Below, piece after piece: positions 1 through 8,103 of a stretch of 32,000 nucleotides of DNA. Positions within the stretch are counted from its first letter, which is position 1; every line of letters starts with the position of its first letter. The notes under the pieces were generated by a model. It did not search any database. It had not been told where the DNA came from and was given only the letters and a program-made list of their open reading frames with translations. The DNA lies in the NCBI GenBank assembly GCA_000802095.1, contig JUEB01000024.1, positions 188,277 to 220,276 of the forward strand, written 5' to 3'. The stretch is from Peptococcaceae bacterium BICA1-7 (GTDB taxonomy: Bacteria; Bacillota; Desulfotomaculia; Desulfotomaculales; Desulfocucumaceae). A program made the position numbers and the translations under genes.

Positions 1-1593
1 AAGATTCAGGTTGTTTCCGACTTGCCGGAAGACACGGTGTATACCGTTAACTGGCTGGGAGGCCAGTTGGCCCCGGCCAATATTGTAGTGATCCCGCTTC
101 TTTTTGGGAAAGAGGTGCTGGGTGTCATGAGCCTCTCGTCCCTGAATAAGAATGACCATCGCCAGACAGAGGAATTGGAGACGGTGGGGACACTGGTGGG
201 GGTTGCAGTAAACAATGCTATTATGTATAAAAAAGCTCTTGATCTTTCTGTGCAGCTAAAAGAGGCTAATGAACAGCTGGCCCAGCAGAATGAGGAGTTA
301 AGCACTCAGAGTGAAGAATTGATGTCCCAGGCCGAAGAGCTTCAGATGCAGTCGGAAGAGCTTCAGACAACCACCAGGAAGCTCCAGTACAAAAATACCG
401 AGCTTGAGCGGCTGGCTGATCAGAAAACACGTTTTCTGGCCGGGTTGTCTCATGAGCTGAGGGCGCCCCTAAATGCTGTAATAAGCTTTTCTGATGTGCT
501 TTTAGATAAGGTGGTAGGTGAACTGAACCAGCAGCAGGAAAGATACCTCCATGAAATACTTAACAGCGGGCAGCACTTGCTTAATTTGATAAATGACCTG
601 CTGGATTTGTCAAAAATAGAGGTGGGCAGGGTTGACCTGAATATAAGGGAGCTGGATCTTTCAATTCCGTTGGAGGAGGCTCTGGCCATGGTTGGGGCCG
701 ATGTTTCGAGGAAGCGGCTGGAGGTAACCAACCTTGTTAATGCTGGCGACTGCGTGGTGGTTGCCGATAAGGGTAAACTAAAACAGATATTTTTAAATCT
801 CTTAACCAATGCAGTTAAATTTACTCCTGTGGGAGGTAAATTAACCATTGGATCTGCCTGCGATGGCCCAAAGTGTAGAATATGGGTTGCAGACACAGGT
901 ATAGGGATATCCCCGGAGTATCACGATGCAATATTTGAGGAGTTTAATCAGGTGGGCAGTAAAGGGCCCGGGCAATATACAGGTACCGGCCTCGGTCTTT
1001 CCATAACCAAAAAGCTAATTGAACTGCAGGGTGGTGTAATACATGTACAGAGTGGAGAAGGCGTGGGGGCAACCTTTATCTTCACACTTCCTCTTTCTGA
1101 AAAGAACTCCGTCTTGCGGCAAAGTGTCGACTGCAATTTGAAGTGCAGCTACCGGGATAGCTGTGAGAACTGCAGCTGTCCCAGGTCAAAAATTACATAC
1201 CTGCCCAAGCCTCTGGTCAAAAATGCCCTGCTGGAGAGCCTGGATATTAAATGCTGTCTTGTTGATAAGCCTCTCCTTGTTTTGGTAATAGATGATGATC
1301 CGGCGGTGAGAAGTTTTGTTCCGGACATACTTATTCCCCGGGGATATGGGGTAATAACGGCAGGTGACGGGCTTATAGGGGTCCAATTGGCGCTGGCTAA
1401 AAAGCCGGATATTATTATTCTCGACATTGTAATGCCCGGGAAAGATGGTTTCGAGGTACTGATGGAACTGAGCGGTCATTGCTGGGAAAAAGGTTTATCA
1501 ATTTTTATATGCACTTCAAAAGATCTTTCCCGGGAAGAGAAACAGGTGCTGGAACAGAGGTTTCAAAGAATATTCAATCCGGGCGGCCAATAA
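1..1593 (+). CDS. Hybrid sensor histidine kinase with C-terminal receiver domain (5' end outside window)
   Basis: Frame 1 is open from base 1, so the track ORF 22..1593 only marks the first in-window Met. GAF-like N-part, EEL-rich coiled coil, H-box SHELRAPLN, N/G boxes NLLTNAVKF, DTGIGI, GTGLGLSI. A Cys-rich linker is followed by receiver motifs LVIDDDP and LDIVMPGKDGFEV. Confidence 0.85.
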   Translation, partial: KIQVVSDLPEDTVYTVNWLGGQLAPANIVVIPLLFGKEVLGVMSLSSLNKNDHRQTEELETVGTLVGVAVNNAIMYKKALDLSVQLKEANEQLAQQNEELSTQSEELMSQAEELQMQSEELQTTTRKLQYKNTELERLADQKTRFLAGLSHELRAPLNAVISFSDVLLDKVVGELNQQQERYLHEILNSGQHLLNLINDLLDLSKIEVGRVDLNIRELDLSIPLEEALAMVGADVSRKRLEVTNLVNAGDCVVVADKGKLKQIFLNLLTNAVKFTPVGGKLTIGSACDGPKCRIWVADTGIGISPEYHDAIFEEFNQVGSKGPGQYTGTGLGLSITKKLIELQGGVIHVQSGEGVGATFIFTLPLSEKNSVLRQSVDCNLKCSYRDSCENCSCPRSKITYLPKPLVKNALLESLDIKCCLVDKPLLVLVIDDDPAVRSFVPDILIPRGYGVITAGDGLIGVQLALAKKPDIIILDIVMPGKDGFEVLMELSGHCWEKGLSIFICTSKDLSREEKQVLEQRFQRIFNPGGQ

Positions 1594-1606
1594 AAGAATA
1601 TTATAG

Positions 1607-1646
1607 ATAGATAGACCGCTAAACATATGTTTAGCGGTCTATCTAT
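1607..1646. terminator. Bidirectional intrinsic terminator candidate (perfect 40-bp palindrome)
   Basis: atagatagaccgctaaacat (1607-1626) is the exact reverse complement of atgtttagcggtctatctat (1627-1646). It lies between the convergent stop codons at 1593 (+) and 1660 (-). Confidence 0.6.
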
Positions 1647-1659
1647 AGGCTTTTATATT

Positions 1660-2976
1660 TTACTCCTTAACTTCCGGGGTTTCGGTAGCCTCCGGGGTCT
1701 TCGCAGTTTCCGGGGCCATAAGCTGGTCGGCCGGTACAGCTGCGCTGACATCTGGCTCCACAAAGGGCTTGTCGGTCCCGGTTATCTTAAATTCTCCGGT
1801 TATGTCCTCCTGCATGCTGATAACCGCATTTCCTGTTTTTTCATCCTTGATGCCAAACATTGAGGGATCGATGGTAAAGTCAAGCTTCATGTCAAAGCTG
1901 ATAAAATCGGACATCAGTGTTTTCTTATTTATATAGGTGGTGCAGTAGTAATCCAGCTTCATGTTTTTCAGCAATTCCTGCATCACACCCTGTACATCCT
2001 GGCCTTTATTCAAGTCCGCGGGAAGGCTCTTGACAACGTCTCCTATTATTTTCTGATAGCCCTCCATAAACTTTTCCATGTCCAGGGCGGCGTTGACCAC
2101 ATAATACTCCTGACCGTCTCTGGTCACATCATTGCCGAAGTTGCAGAGCATACCTATCTCCTTCATCTGCTCCACGGCCTTTAAGGGGTTGGACTGTATG
2201 TCCTGCTGCTGTTTAATAAAATCGGCAGGGAAAGGCATATCCATAACTGTCCACTGGTCCAGTCCGGGCATTTTCATATAAATCTTGCTGCCGGTCATGT
2301 AGGTCTCAATGGTTGTTCCGTCCAATCCGGGTATACTGGCCTCGGGCTGCAGGGTCTGTTTGGTATAGGCCTTCATGGGGTCGTTTTGCATCTGCCCGTA
2401 AAATTGACTTTTTATTTTCTGGGCTCCTCCGGGCATTTCCTCTCCGCCGCCATCAAGCTTAATATTCATATCAAGGGCGCCCTGCATGGAATAGGTGTTA
2501 ATTTTTTGTGTTTCGGCGCTGGACTTGGCCAGTAGTTCCTGCGGAGACATATTGTCCCTGGACTCCTGGCGGCTCAGTGTCACCTGTGATTGCTGGCCGT
2601 CCCAGCTTACCGAGTAGCCAAAGGACTCGGCCACAAATCTTAAGGGTAGCATTACCTGTTCCGCTACCCTGACCGGAGCCAGGGGTGCCTTGATCTCACT
2701 GTCATTTAGCCTGGCAGCCAGCTGATTAACTGACATGGAAAGGCTTTTGCCGTCTTCAGTGATGGTAAAGGAATCAGAGTTCCATACCACATCGGCGCCG
2801 GCAAAGCTAAGGTAATCATCCAGCCCGATCATGGTAATACCGTCGGTTATGTAACTGTCTTTTGCTTTTAGCTGGTCTGAGTTCACATCAATACTGACAT
2901 CTTCGGCCATGGCAGGGACCGCTGAAAAGGTCAATATCATAATAAGGGAAAGGATTAAAAGAATGCCCTTTTTCAC
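1660..2976 (-). CDS. Secreted protein with copper-amine-oxidase N-terminal (stalk) domain and a C-terminal LolA-like/DUF domain
   Basis: Track ORF is 1660..2994. GGAGG (complement of 2988-2992) overlaps the ATG at 2994, so the in-frame GTG at 2976 is the likelier start and gives a signal peptide MKKGILLILSLIMILTFSAVPAMA. Stalk-domain motif VMLPLRFVAESFGYSVSWDGQQSQVTL. The C-terminal domain assignment is inference only. Confidence 0.7.
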   Translation of the reverse strand: MKKGILLILSLIMILTFSAVPAMAEDVSIDVNSDQLKAKDSYITDGITMIGLDDYLSFAGADVVWNSDSFTITEDGKSLSMSVNQLAARLNDSEIKAPLAPVRVAEQVMLPLRFVAESFGYSVSWDGQQSQVTLSRQESRDNMSPQELLAKSSAETQKINTYSMQGALDMNIKLDGGGEEMPGGAQKIKSQFYGQMQNDPMKAYTKQTLQPEASIPGLDGTTIETYMTGSKIYMKMPGLDQWTVMDMPFPADFIKQQQDIQSNPLKAVEQMKEIGMLCNFGNDVTRDGQEYYVVNAALDMEKFMEGYQKIIGDVVKSLPADLNKGQDVQGVMQELLKNMKLDYYCTTYINKKTLMSDFISFDMKLDFTIDPSMFGIKDEKTGNAVISMQEDITGEFKITGTDKPFVEPDVSAAVPADQLMAPETAKTPEATETPEVKE

Positions 2977-3024
2977 TGCAACAACAACCTCCATTCATTT
3001 TTTTTAATGATACCACAAAATATA

Positions 3025-3041
3025 TTGCAGCAGTGCTGCAG
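3025..3041 (-). terminator. Weak intrinsic terminator candidate after the peptidase gene
   Basis: On the minus strand, CTGCAGC-ACT-GCTGCA (6-bp GC-rich stem, 3026-3031 / 3035-3040) is followed by ATATATTTTGTGG. It lies 65 bp downstream of the stop at 3106. Confidence 0.3.
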
Positions 3042-3105
3042 AGTAGAAAATAGTAATATTATAAATTATTGAATTATTCCTTTTTCTGTATAAAAGATTC
3101 CCGCT

Positions 3106-4017
3106 TTAGTTTAATTTACGGGGAATAAAGCTCTCGCTCAGGCCGCCCTTCACCAGCAGCGCCACCGGGAAGCTGCGGGAGTTATGGGCGGCGCCGAAGC
3201 GGCCCTGATGGTCTGCTACAATAATTCCTCCCACGGCTCCTGCTCTTCTTTCACCCAGCCGGGCCATGGCTTTTTCCGCAGCCTCCTGTGGGTGAAGGCC
3301 CTTTTTTACAAGTGAGTCAACATAATTTGCGGTTAGTGTTTCGATAAAGGCCTCCCCCAGTCCGGTACAGGCAGTGGCGCAGTTGGGGGAGGCAAAAATT
3401 CCGGCCCCCGGAATAGGGGTGTCGCCCACCCGGCCGGGGATTTTCATAAAAGATCCTCCAGTGGAGGAGGCGGCGGCCAGCCTTCCGTCATGAAAGACCA
3501 CACACCCCACTGTGTCGCAGGGTTTGGCGCTGTCTGGAGGCAGGCCGGTGAAAGGGCTGGTTTCCTGTGAAAGGCCCTGCTTCGCCCTGTCCCTTGCCCT
3601 CTGCCAGGTCTCCACCATCCCGGGAGACCTTGAGTCCACCGGCAGAAAGCCCCTGGTGAGGGCAAAGTCAGTGGCTCCCTGGCCGGCCAGGAGGACATGG
3701 GGAGTCTCTTCCAAAACCAGGCGGGCCACCGAAACAGGATGGCTTACCGACCTTATGGCTGCCACCGCACCAAATTTTCCCGTTGTTCCGTCCATAATAG
3801 AGGCATCCATTTCCACGTCACCGTCCCGGTTAAGAACCGAGCCATACCCGGCGTTAAAAAGAGGGCTTTCCTCCAGTATTTTTACTGCCTCCTCGGCTGC
3901 ATCCAAAAGCCCTGCCTCCAGCGCCCCGTGCCCGGCCAGGGCCGCTGCCCGCAAAACTTCCCGGAATTGGAGGCTGGAGCTTGTTTCTACTCCCCCGTGC
4001 ACAATAACAATACTCAA
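3106..4017 (-). CDS. iaaA: Isoaspartyl peptidase / L-asparaginase (Ntn-hydrolase family)
   Basis: 303 aa with a TTG start at 4017. N-terminal IVIVHGG, catalytic-Thr context CDTVGCVVFH, GAGIFA and GLGEAFI motifs typical of plant-type asparaginase / isoaspartyl peptidase. Confidence 0.8.
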   Translation of the reverse strand: MSIVIVHGGVETSSSLQFREVLRAAALAGHGALEAGLLDAAEEAVKILEESPLFNAGYGSVLNRDGDVEMDASIMDGTTGKFGAVAAIRSVSHPVSVARLVLEETPHVLLAGQGATDFALTRGFLPVDSRSPGMVETWQRARDRAKQGLSQETSPFTGLPPDSAKPCDTVGCVVFHDGRLAAASSTGGSFMKIPGRVGDTPIPGAGIFASPNCATACTGLGEAFIETLTANYVDSLVKKGLHPQEAAEKAMARLGERRAGAVGGIIVADHQGRFGAAHNSRSFPVALLVKGGLSESFIPRKLN

Positions 4018-4329
4018 CTAAGTCACTCTCACTTTTTTAGGAGTTGCCTGACTCTTTATAGTATGCCAGAAAAAAAGGCAATCACATAAAATAAAATTCC
4101 GTGCATGTCCTAAAATAATACATAAAAAAGGTATTTTAAATTGGAAAACAATGAAATCCTTCCGGAGGTGCTCTGCCAGGGCCCCATAGCCCGGCTGATA
4201 CCCTGTCAGGTCAGAGAACAGCGGATAGTGTACTGTTATTGGTATATAATATGACTAATTTCGACAATACAGTTTAACCACCAATTTTGTCCGGTCAACA
4301 TCAATAAGAGGTGTTTGAAAAGTTTAAAA

Positions 4330-4359
4330 TTGCAGAAAAATTAAACACTGCTTTATAAT
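4330..4359 (+). promoter_or_regulatory. Candidate sigma-A promoter for the hyp operon
   Basis: TTGCAG (4330-4335), 18 nt, then TATAAT (4354-4359). The region is very AT-rich, so other hexamer pairs (for example TATAAT at 4389-4394) are equally possible. Confidence 0.25.
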
Positions 4360-4488
4360 TAAATTTAAGGTTTTTTATTAAAATGCTGTATAATAAAAGC
4401 CAGACAAGCAATAGGACTTATATAATCATAATATACTGAATTGTAAATTAATTTAATATTCTTATGTGCCGCAAAAGGATGTGCTATA

Positions 4489-4830
4489 GTGCATGAATTC
4501 TCCCTGGTAAGTGATCTTCTGGAAACAGTCATGAAGAGTGCTGAGGAAAATGGCATTAAGAGTGTTTCAAAGGTAAAATTAACTGTGGGAGAGTGTCATG
4601 GAGCTCTCCCGGAAGCCTTATCCTTTGCCTTTATGGCCTTGTCAGGCGACACTGTGTGCAGCGGCGCTGAATTAGACATTGATATTAAAAGTGGATTGCT
4701 GCTATGCACTGCGTGCGGCCACAGCTTCTCCTATGAAATACTACAGACTATGTGCCCTGAGTGCGGATCAGTATATTTGGACATTATCTCCGGAAGGGAA
4801 TTGCGGGTAGATTATTATGAGGGTGAATAA
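4489..4830 (+). CDS. hypA: Hydrogenase nickel incorporation protein HypA
   Basis: 113 aa. GTG start giving MHEFSL, with SD AAGGA 9 nt upstream. Two CxxC zinc motifs (CTACGH ... CPECG). Confidence 0.9.
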   Translation: MHEFSLVSDLLETVMKSAEENGIKSVSKVKLTVGECHGALPEALSFAFMALSGDTVCSGAELDIDIKSGLLLCTACGHSFSYEILQTMCPECGSVYLDIISGRELRVDYYEGE

Positions 4831-4842
4831 GGGGGTTATTTT

Positions 4843-5523
4843 TTGAAGGTAATTTTGGCCAGGGATTTGCTTGGCGTCAACACTGTCAAGGGAGAAAACA
4901 ACAGGGAGATTTTAGAAAAAAAAGGCCTTCTGACACTGAATATAATCAGCTCCCCAGGTGCGGGCAAGACAACCTTGCTGGAAGTTACCATGAAATCATT
5001 AAAGAATAAATATAATTTCGGGGTAATTGAGGGAGACCTGTACACCTCACGTGATGCCCTGCGTTTGGAGGAGCACTCCCATGCCATTGTGCAGATTAAT
5101 ACCTGCGGGATGTGCCACCTGAATGCGGATATGGTGGCCAGGGCTTTAAAGGATATGCCTCTTGACTCCCTGGATGTAATTATTATTGAAAATGTTGGGA
5201 ACCTGGTCTGCCCGGCTGCCTTTTATCTGGGCGAGACCTTCAAGGTGGCGGTGCTCAGTGTGCCGGAGGGCAGCGACAAGCCGGCCAAGTACCCTGAGCT
5301 GTTTAAAGAGGCCAGGGCGGTAATTATCAATAAGTCAGACTTATTGCCCTATACAGATTTTGATTTGCCCGGATGCGTAAAAGAGTTAAGGCAAATAAAC
5401 CCCAGAGCGGAAATACTGGTAGTCTCCGCCAGAACAGGTGAGGGCATGGATCAGTGGATCGGCTGGCTGGAGGTTAATGTTCAGCAAATTAAACAGTTGT
5501 CAACTAAAGAATGTCTCCAGTAA
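4843..5523 (+). CDS. hypB: Hydrogenase nickel-insertion GTPase HypB
   Basis: 226 aa. TTG start after SD AAGGGGG. P-loop SSPGAGKTTLLE, ENVGNLVCPA and NKSDL GTPase motifs. Confidence 0.9.
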   Translation: MKVILARDLLGVNTVKGENNREILEKKGLLTLNIISSPGAGKTTLLEVTMKSLKNKYNFGVIEGDLYTSRDALRLEEHSHAIVQINTCGMCHLNADMVARALKDMPLDSLDVIIIENVGNLVCPAAFYLGETFKVAVLSVPEGSDKPAKYPELFKEARAVIINKSDLLPYTDFDLPGCVKELRQINPRAEILVVSARTGEGMDQWIGWLEVNVQQIKQLSTKECLQ

Positions 5524-5537
5524 ACGAGGTGCTTTGA

Positions 5538-5768
5538 ATGTGTCTTGGAGTTCCCGGAAAAGTGGTGGAGATTAACACTACAGGGCAAAGGGCAGTGATA
5601 GAGACCATGGGGGTGAAGAGGCAGGTGGGCACCCAACTGGTGGAGGAGGTTCAGCCCGGGGACTATTTAATGGTACATGCCGGGTACGCCATAGAAAAGA
5701 TAAATACCGACCTGGCCCTGGAAATGATCCGCCTGTGGGAGGACATTCTTAAAAATGAAAATATTTGA
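5538..5768 (+). CDS. hypC: Hydrogenase assembly chaperone HypC/HupF
   Basis: 76 aa with the canonical N-terminus MCLGVPGKV. SD GAGGTG lies 6 nt upstream. Confidence 0.9.
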   Translation: MCLGVPGKVVEINTTGQRAVIETMGVKRQVGTQLVEEVQPGDYLMVHAGYAIEKINTDLALEMIRLWEDILKNENI

Positions 5769-6873
5769 AAGGTTTAATGACCCGGATCTGGGAAAGAGGA
5801 TGGTTTCCAGGGTCAGGTCTCTGGCACTAAAGGCAGCTGATCGGCTGGGCCGGCCAATTATGCTGATGGAGGTCTGCGGCACCCATACTGCCGCCATATC
5901 AAAAAGTGGTATCAGGATGCTGCTTGCTGATCTGCTGGAATTGCGGAGCGGGCCGGGCTGCCCTGTATGCGTTACGGCCCCGGGTGATATAGAAGCGGCT
6001 GTAAATCTTTCCCGCCTTCCGGGGGTAACCGTGGCCACCTTTGGAGATATGATCAGGGTTCCTGGAATAAGCTCTTCCCTGGAGCAGGAAAGGGCCCGGG
6101 GATCGGAAGTCAATATTTTTTATTCTCCCGGGGATGCAGTGGATTATGCCCGGCTTCATCCGGAAAAAGAAGTGGTATTTATAGGGGTGGGTTTTGAAAC
6201 CACTGCCCCCCTGGTGGCACTAAGTGTTGATGAAGCACGGGAATCGGGGATAAAAAACTACAGTGTGCTGTCACTTCATAAAATAGTTCCCCCGGTGCTG
6301 AGTAATCTTCTGTCCACCGGAGAGCTCAGTGTGGATGGCCTTATTTTACCCGGACATGTCTGTGTGATTACCGGACGCAGGGCTCTTGACTTTGTTGCCG
6401 GAAAATATAACGTGCCGGCGGCCATTGCCGGTTTTGAGGCCATGGATATTCTGGCTGCAGTCCACTCCCTGCTGGAGGCCATATTGGAGGGTCGCGCGGC
6501 TGTTGTTAACTGCTACCCCAGGGTGGTTAAAGAGAATGGGAATATACAGGCCCAAAAAATTATAGAAAAAATTTTCACCCCGGTGGATGCCCACTGGCGG
6601 GGATTTGGTGAAATAGCCGGCAGCGGTCTGGCCTTCAGGGAAGAGTATAGTGACTATGACGCCTCTTACCGGTATGCCATCGGGACTTCCCTGTCCACCC
6701 CCAAAACAGCCTGCCGCTGCGGAGAACTTTTAAAGGGAAAAATATATCCCGGTGACTGTGGTCTTTTTGCCCGCTCCTGCACCCCTGCCACTCCGGTGGG
6801 GCCCTGCATGGTGTCTTCCGAAGGGACGTGCTCGGTCTACTACCGATATCACCGGACGGCAATCATCCCATAA
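5755..6873 (+). CDS. hypD: Hydrogenase formation protein HypD
   Basis: 372 aa, overlapping hypC by 14 nt. Motifs CGTHT, GPGCPVCV, FETTAP, PGHV and C-terminal Cys motifs. Confidence 0.9.
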   Translation: MKIFERFNDPDLGKRMVSRVRSLALKAADRLGRPIMLMEVCGTHTAAISKSGIRMLLADLLELRSGPGCPVCVTAPGDIEAAVNLSRLPGVTVATFGDMIRVPGISSSLEQERARGSEVNIFYSPGDAVDYARLHPEKEVVFIGVGFETTAPLVALSVDEARESGIKNYSVLSLHKIVPPVLSNLLSTGELSVDGLILPGHVCVITGRRALDFVAGKYNVPAAIAGFEAMDILAAVHSLLEAILEGRAAVVNCYPRVVKENGNIQAQKIIEKIFTPVDAHWRGFGEIAGSGLAFREEYSDYDASYRYAIGTSLSTPKTACRCGELLKGKIYPGDCGLFARSCTPATPVGPCMVSSEGTCSVYYRYHRTAIIP

Positions 6874-6878
6874 TTATC

Positions 6879-7013
6879 GGGGACATTCCTCGGCCAGAAT
6901 ACCATGCTTAAAAGAGGAGGTATCCCCATACCATGTTTGGTGTGTCCCCGCCATCCTGATCGGGGACATTCCTCCAACCCAAAAGTGAAGCTCCAAAGAG
7001 GAGGTGTGTCCCC
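6879..7013 (-). repeat. Two hairpin repeat units (reverse orientation) filling the hypD-hypE gap
   Basis: The reverse complement reads AAGGAATGGGGACACACCTCC-N24-GGAGGAATGTCCCCGATCAGGATGGC-GGGGACACACC-aaacatggtat-GGGGATACCTCC-N24-GAGGAATGTCCCCGAT. Arm positions are 7000-7013 / 6962-6975 and 6916-6927 / 6879-6891. Confidence 0.85.
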
Positions 7014-7019
7014 ATTCCT

Positions 7020-8024
7020 TTGGACAAAAGGATACTGCTGTCCCATGGCGCCGGAGGCCAATTAACCAGACAGCTGGTGGATGACATTTTTGTTAAGTAT
7101 TTTAATAACGAGGCCTTAAAACCACTGTCCGACGCCGCCGTAATTGAACTGCCGGGGTCCAGGCTGGCCTTCACCACTGATTCTTTTGTGGTGAGACCAC
7201 TTTTTTTCCCGGGCGGTGATATAGGCAAGCTGGCGGTTTGCGGCACTGTAAATGATTTGGCTGTTAGTGGCGCCAGGCCTTTATTTTTGACGGCCTCCTT
7301 CATTATTGAAGAGGGCCTGTCTTTAAGCGTACTGGATAAGGTTGCCCGCTCCCTTGGGGAGACCTGCCGGACGGCCGGGGTTAGAGTAGTGGCCGGAGAC
7401 ACCAAGGTGGTGGAAAAAGGTCACGGGGATTTGATTTTTATCAATACGGCAGGGATAGGGGTAATACCGGAGGGCCTGGATTTGGGGCAGCATAGTATAG
7501 CCCCGGGAGATGTGGTCATCGTCAACGGTCCGATGGGGAACCATGGGCTGGCAGTGTTGCTGGAAAGGGGTAATCTGGGGCTGGACTCCGGGGTGATCAG
7601 CGACTGTGCCCCCCTGAATGGATTAATTGAGCAAATACTGGGTAAGGCCCCCGGTGTTAAAATGATGCGGGATCTCACCCGGGGTGGGCTGGCTACAGCG
7701 GTTAAAGAGATAGCTCTGGGGGCGGGTGTGGATATATGGCTGGAGGAGCCCTCCATTCCGGTGGATGATCAGGTAAGGGGGGCACTGGAAATATTGGGAC
7801 TTGATCCTCTCTATATGGCTAATGAGGGGAAATTTGTCATTTTTGCCGCCCCGGAGGATGCCCCGGAGGTGATGAGAATACTTGCCAGTGACCCTCTGGG
7901 TGAAAAAGCTGCCATTATTGGCCAGGTGGCCCCGGGCAAGGGCAGTGTTTTATTAAAAACAATGCTGGGCGGGACAAAAATACTGGATTTGCTGGCCGGC
8001 GATCCTTTGCCGAGAATCTGTTGA
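7020..8024 (+). CDS. hypE: Hydrogenase maturation carbamoyl dehydratase HypE
   Basis: 334 aa with a TTG start. N-terminal ILLSHGAGG, AIR-synthase-like fold motifs, and the obligatory C-terminal PRIC. Confidence 0.9.
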   Translation: MDKRILLSHGAGGQLTRQLVDDIFVKYFNNEALKPLSDAAVIELPGSRLAFTTDSFVVRPLFFPGGDIGKLAVCGTVNDLAVSGARPLFLTASFIIEEGLSLSVLDKVARSLGETCRTAGVRVVAGDTKVVEKGHGDLIFINTAGIGVIPEGLDLGQHSIAPGDVVIVNGPMGNHGLAVLLERGNLGLDSGVISDCAPLNGLIEQILGKAPGVKMMRDLTRGGLATAVKEIALGAGVDIWLEEPSIPVDDQVRGALEILGLDPLYMANEGKFVIFAAPEDAPEVMRILASDPLGEKAAIIGQVAPGKGSVLLKTMLGGTKILDLLAGDPLPRIC

Positions 8025-8026
8025 AT

Positions 8027-8103
8027 GGGGACACACCGAAAGCGGAAAGGGGACACACCGAAAGCGGAAAGAGGACACACCGAAAGCGGAAAGGGGACAC
8101 ACC
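8027..8103 (+). repeat. 22-bp tandem repeat, 3.5 copies (GGGGACACACCGAAAGCGGAAA)
   Basis: Copies at 8027-8048 and 8049-8070 are identical. The copy at 8071-8092 has one change (GAGG). A partial copy occupies 8093-8103. The array starts 3 nt after the hypE stop. Confidence 0.95.

Noticed and set aside
4365-4556. 63-aa minus-strand ORF spanning the hypA start region
   Set aside because: It is AT-rich, overlaps the hypA start and promoter region on the opposite strand, and has no RBS or motifs.
8027-8103. Possible CRISPR array, because of regularly spaced GGGGACACACC repeats
   Set aside because: The period is only 22 bp with no unique spacers; the inter-repeat sequence GAAAGCGGAAA is itself repeated. 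There are only 3.5 copies and no cas genes in the window. This is a tandem repeat, not a CRISPR array.
8027-8103. G-quadruplex formation from four GGGG tracts of the 22-mer array
   Set aside because: The loops would be 18 nt each and the third tract is interrupted (GAGG). Hairpin or duplex alternatives are far more stable.
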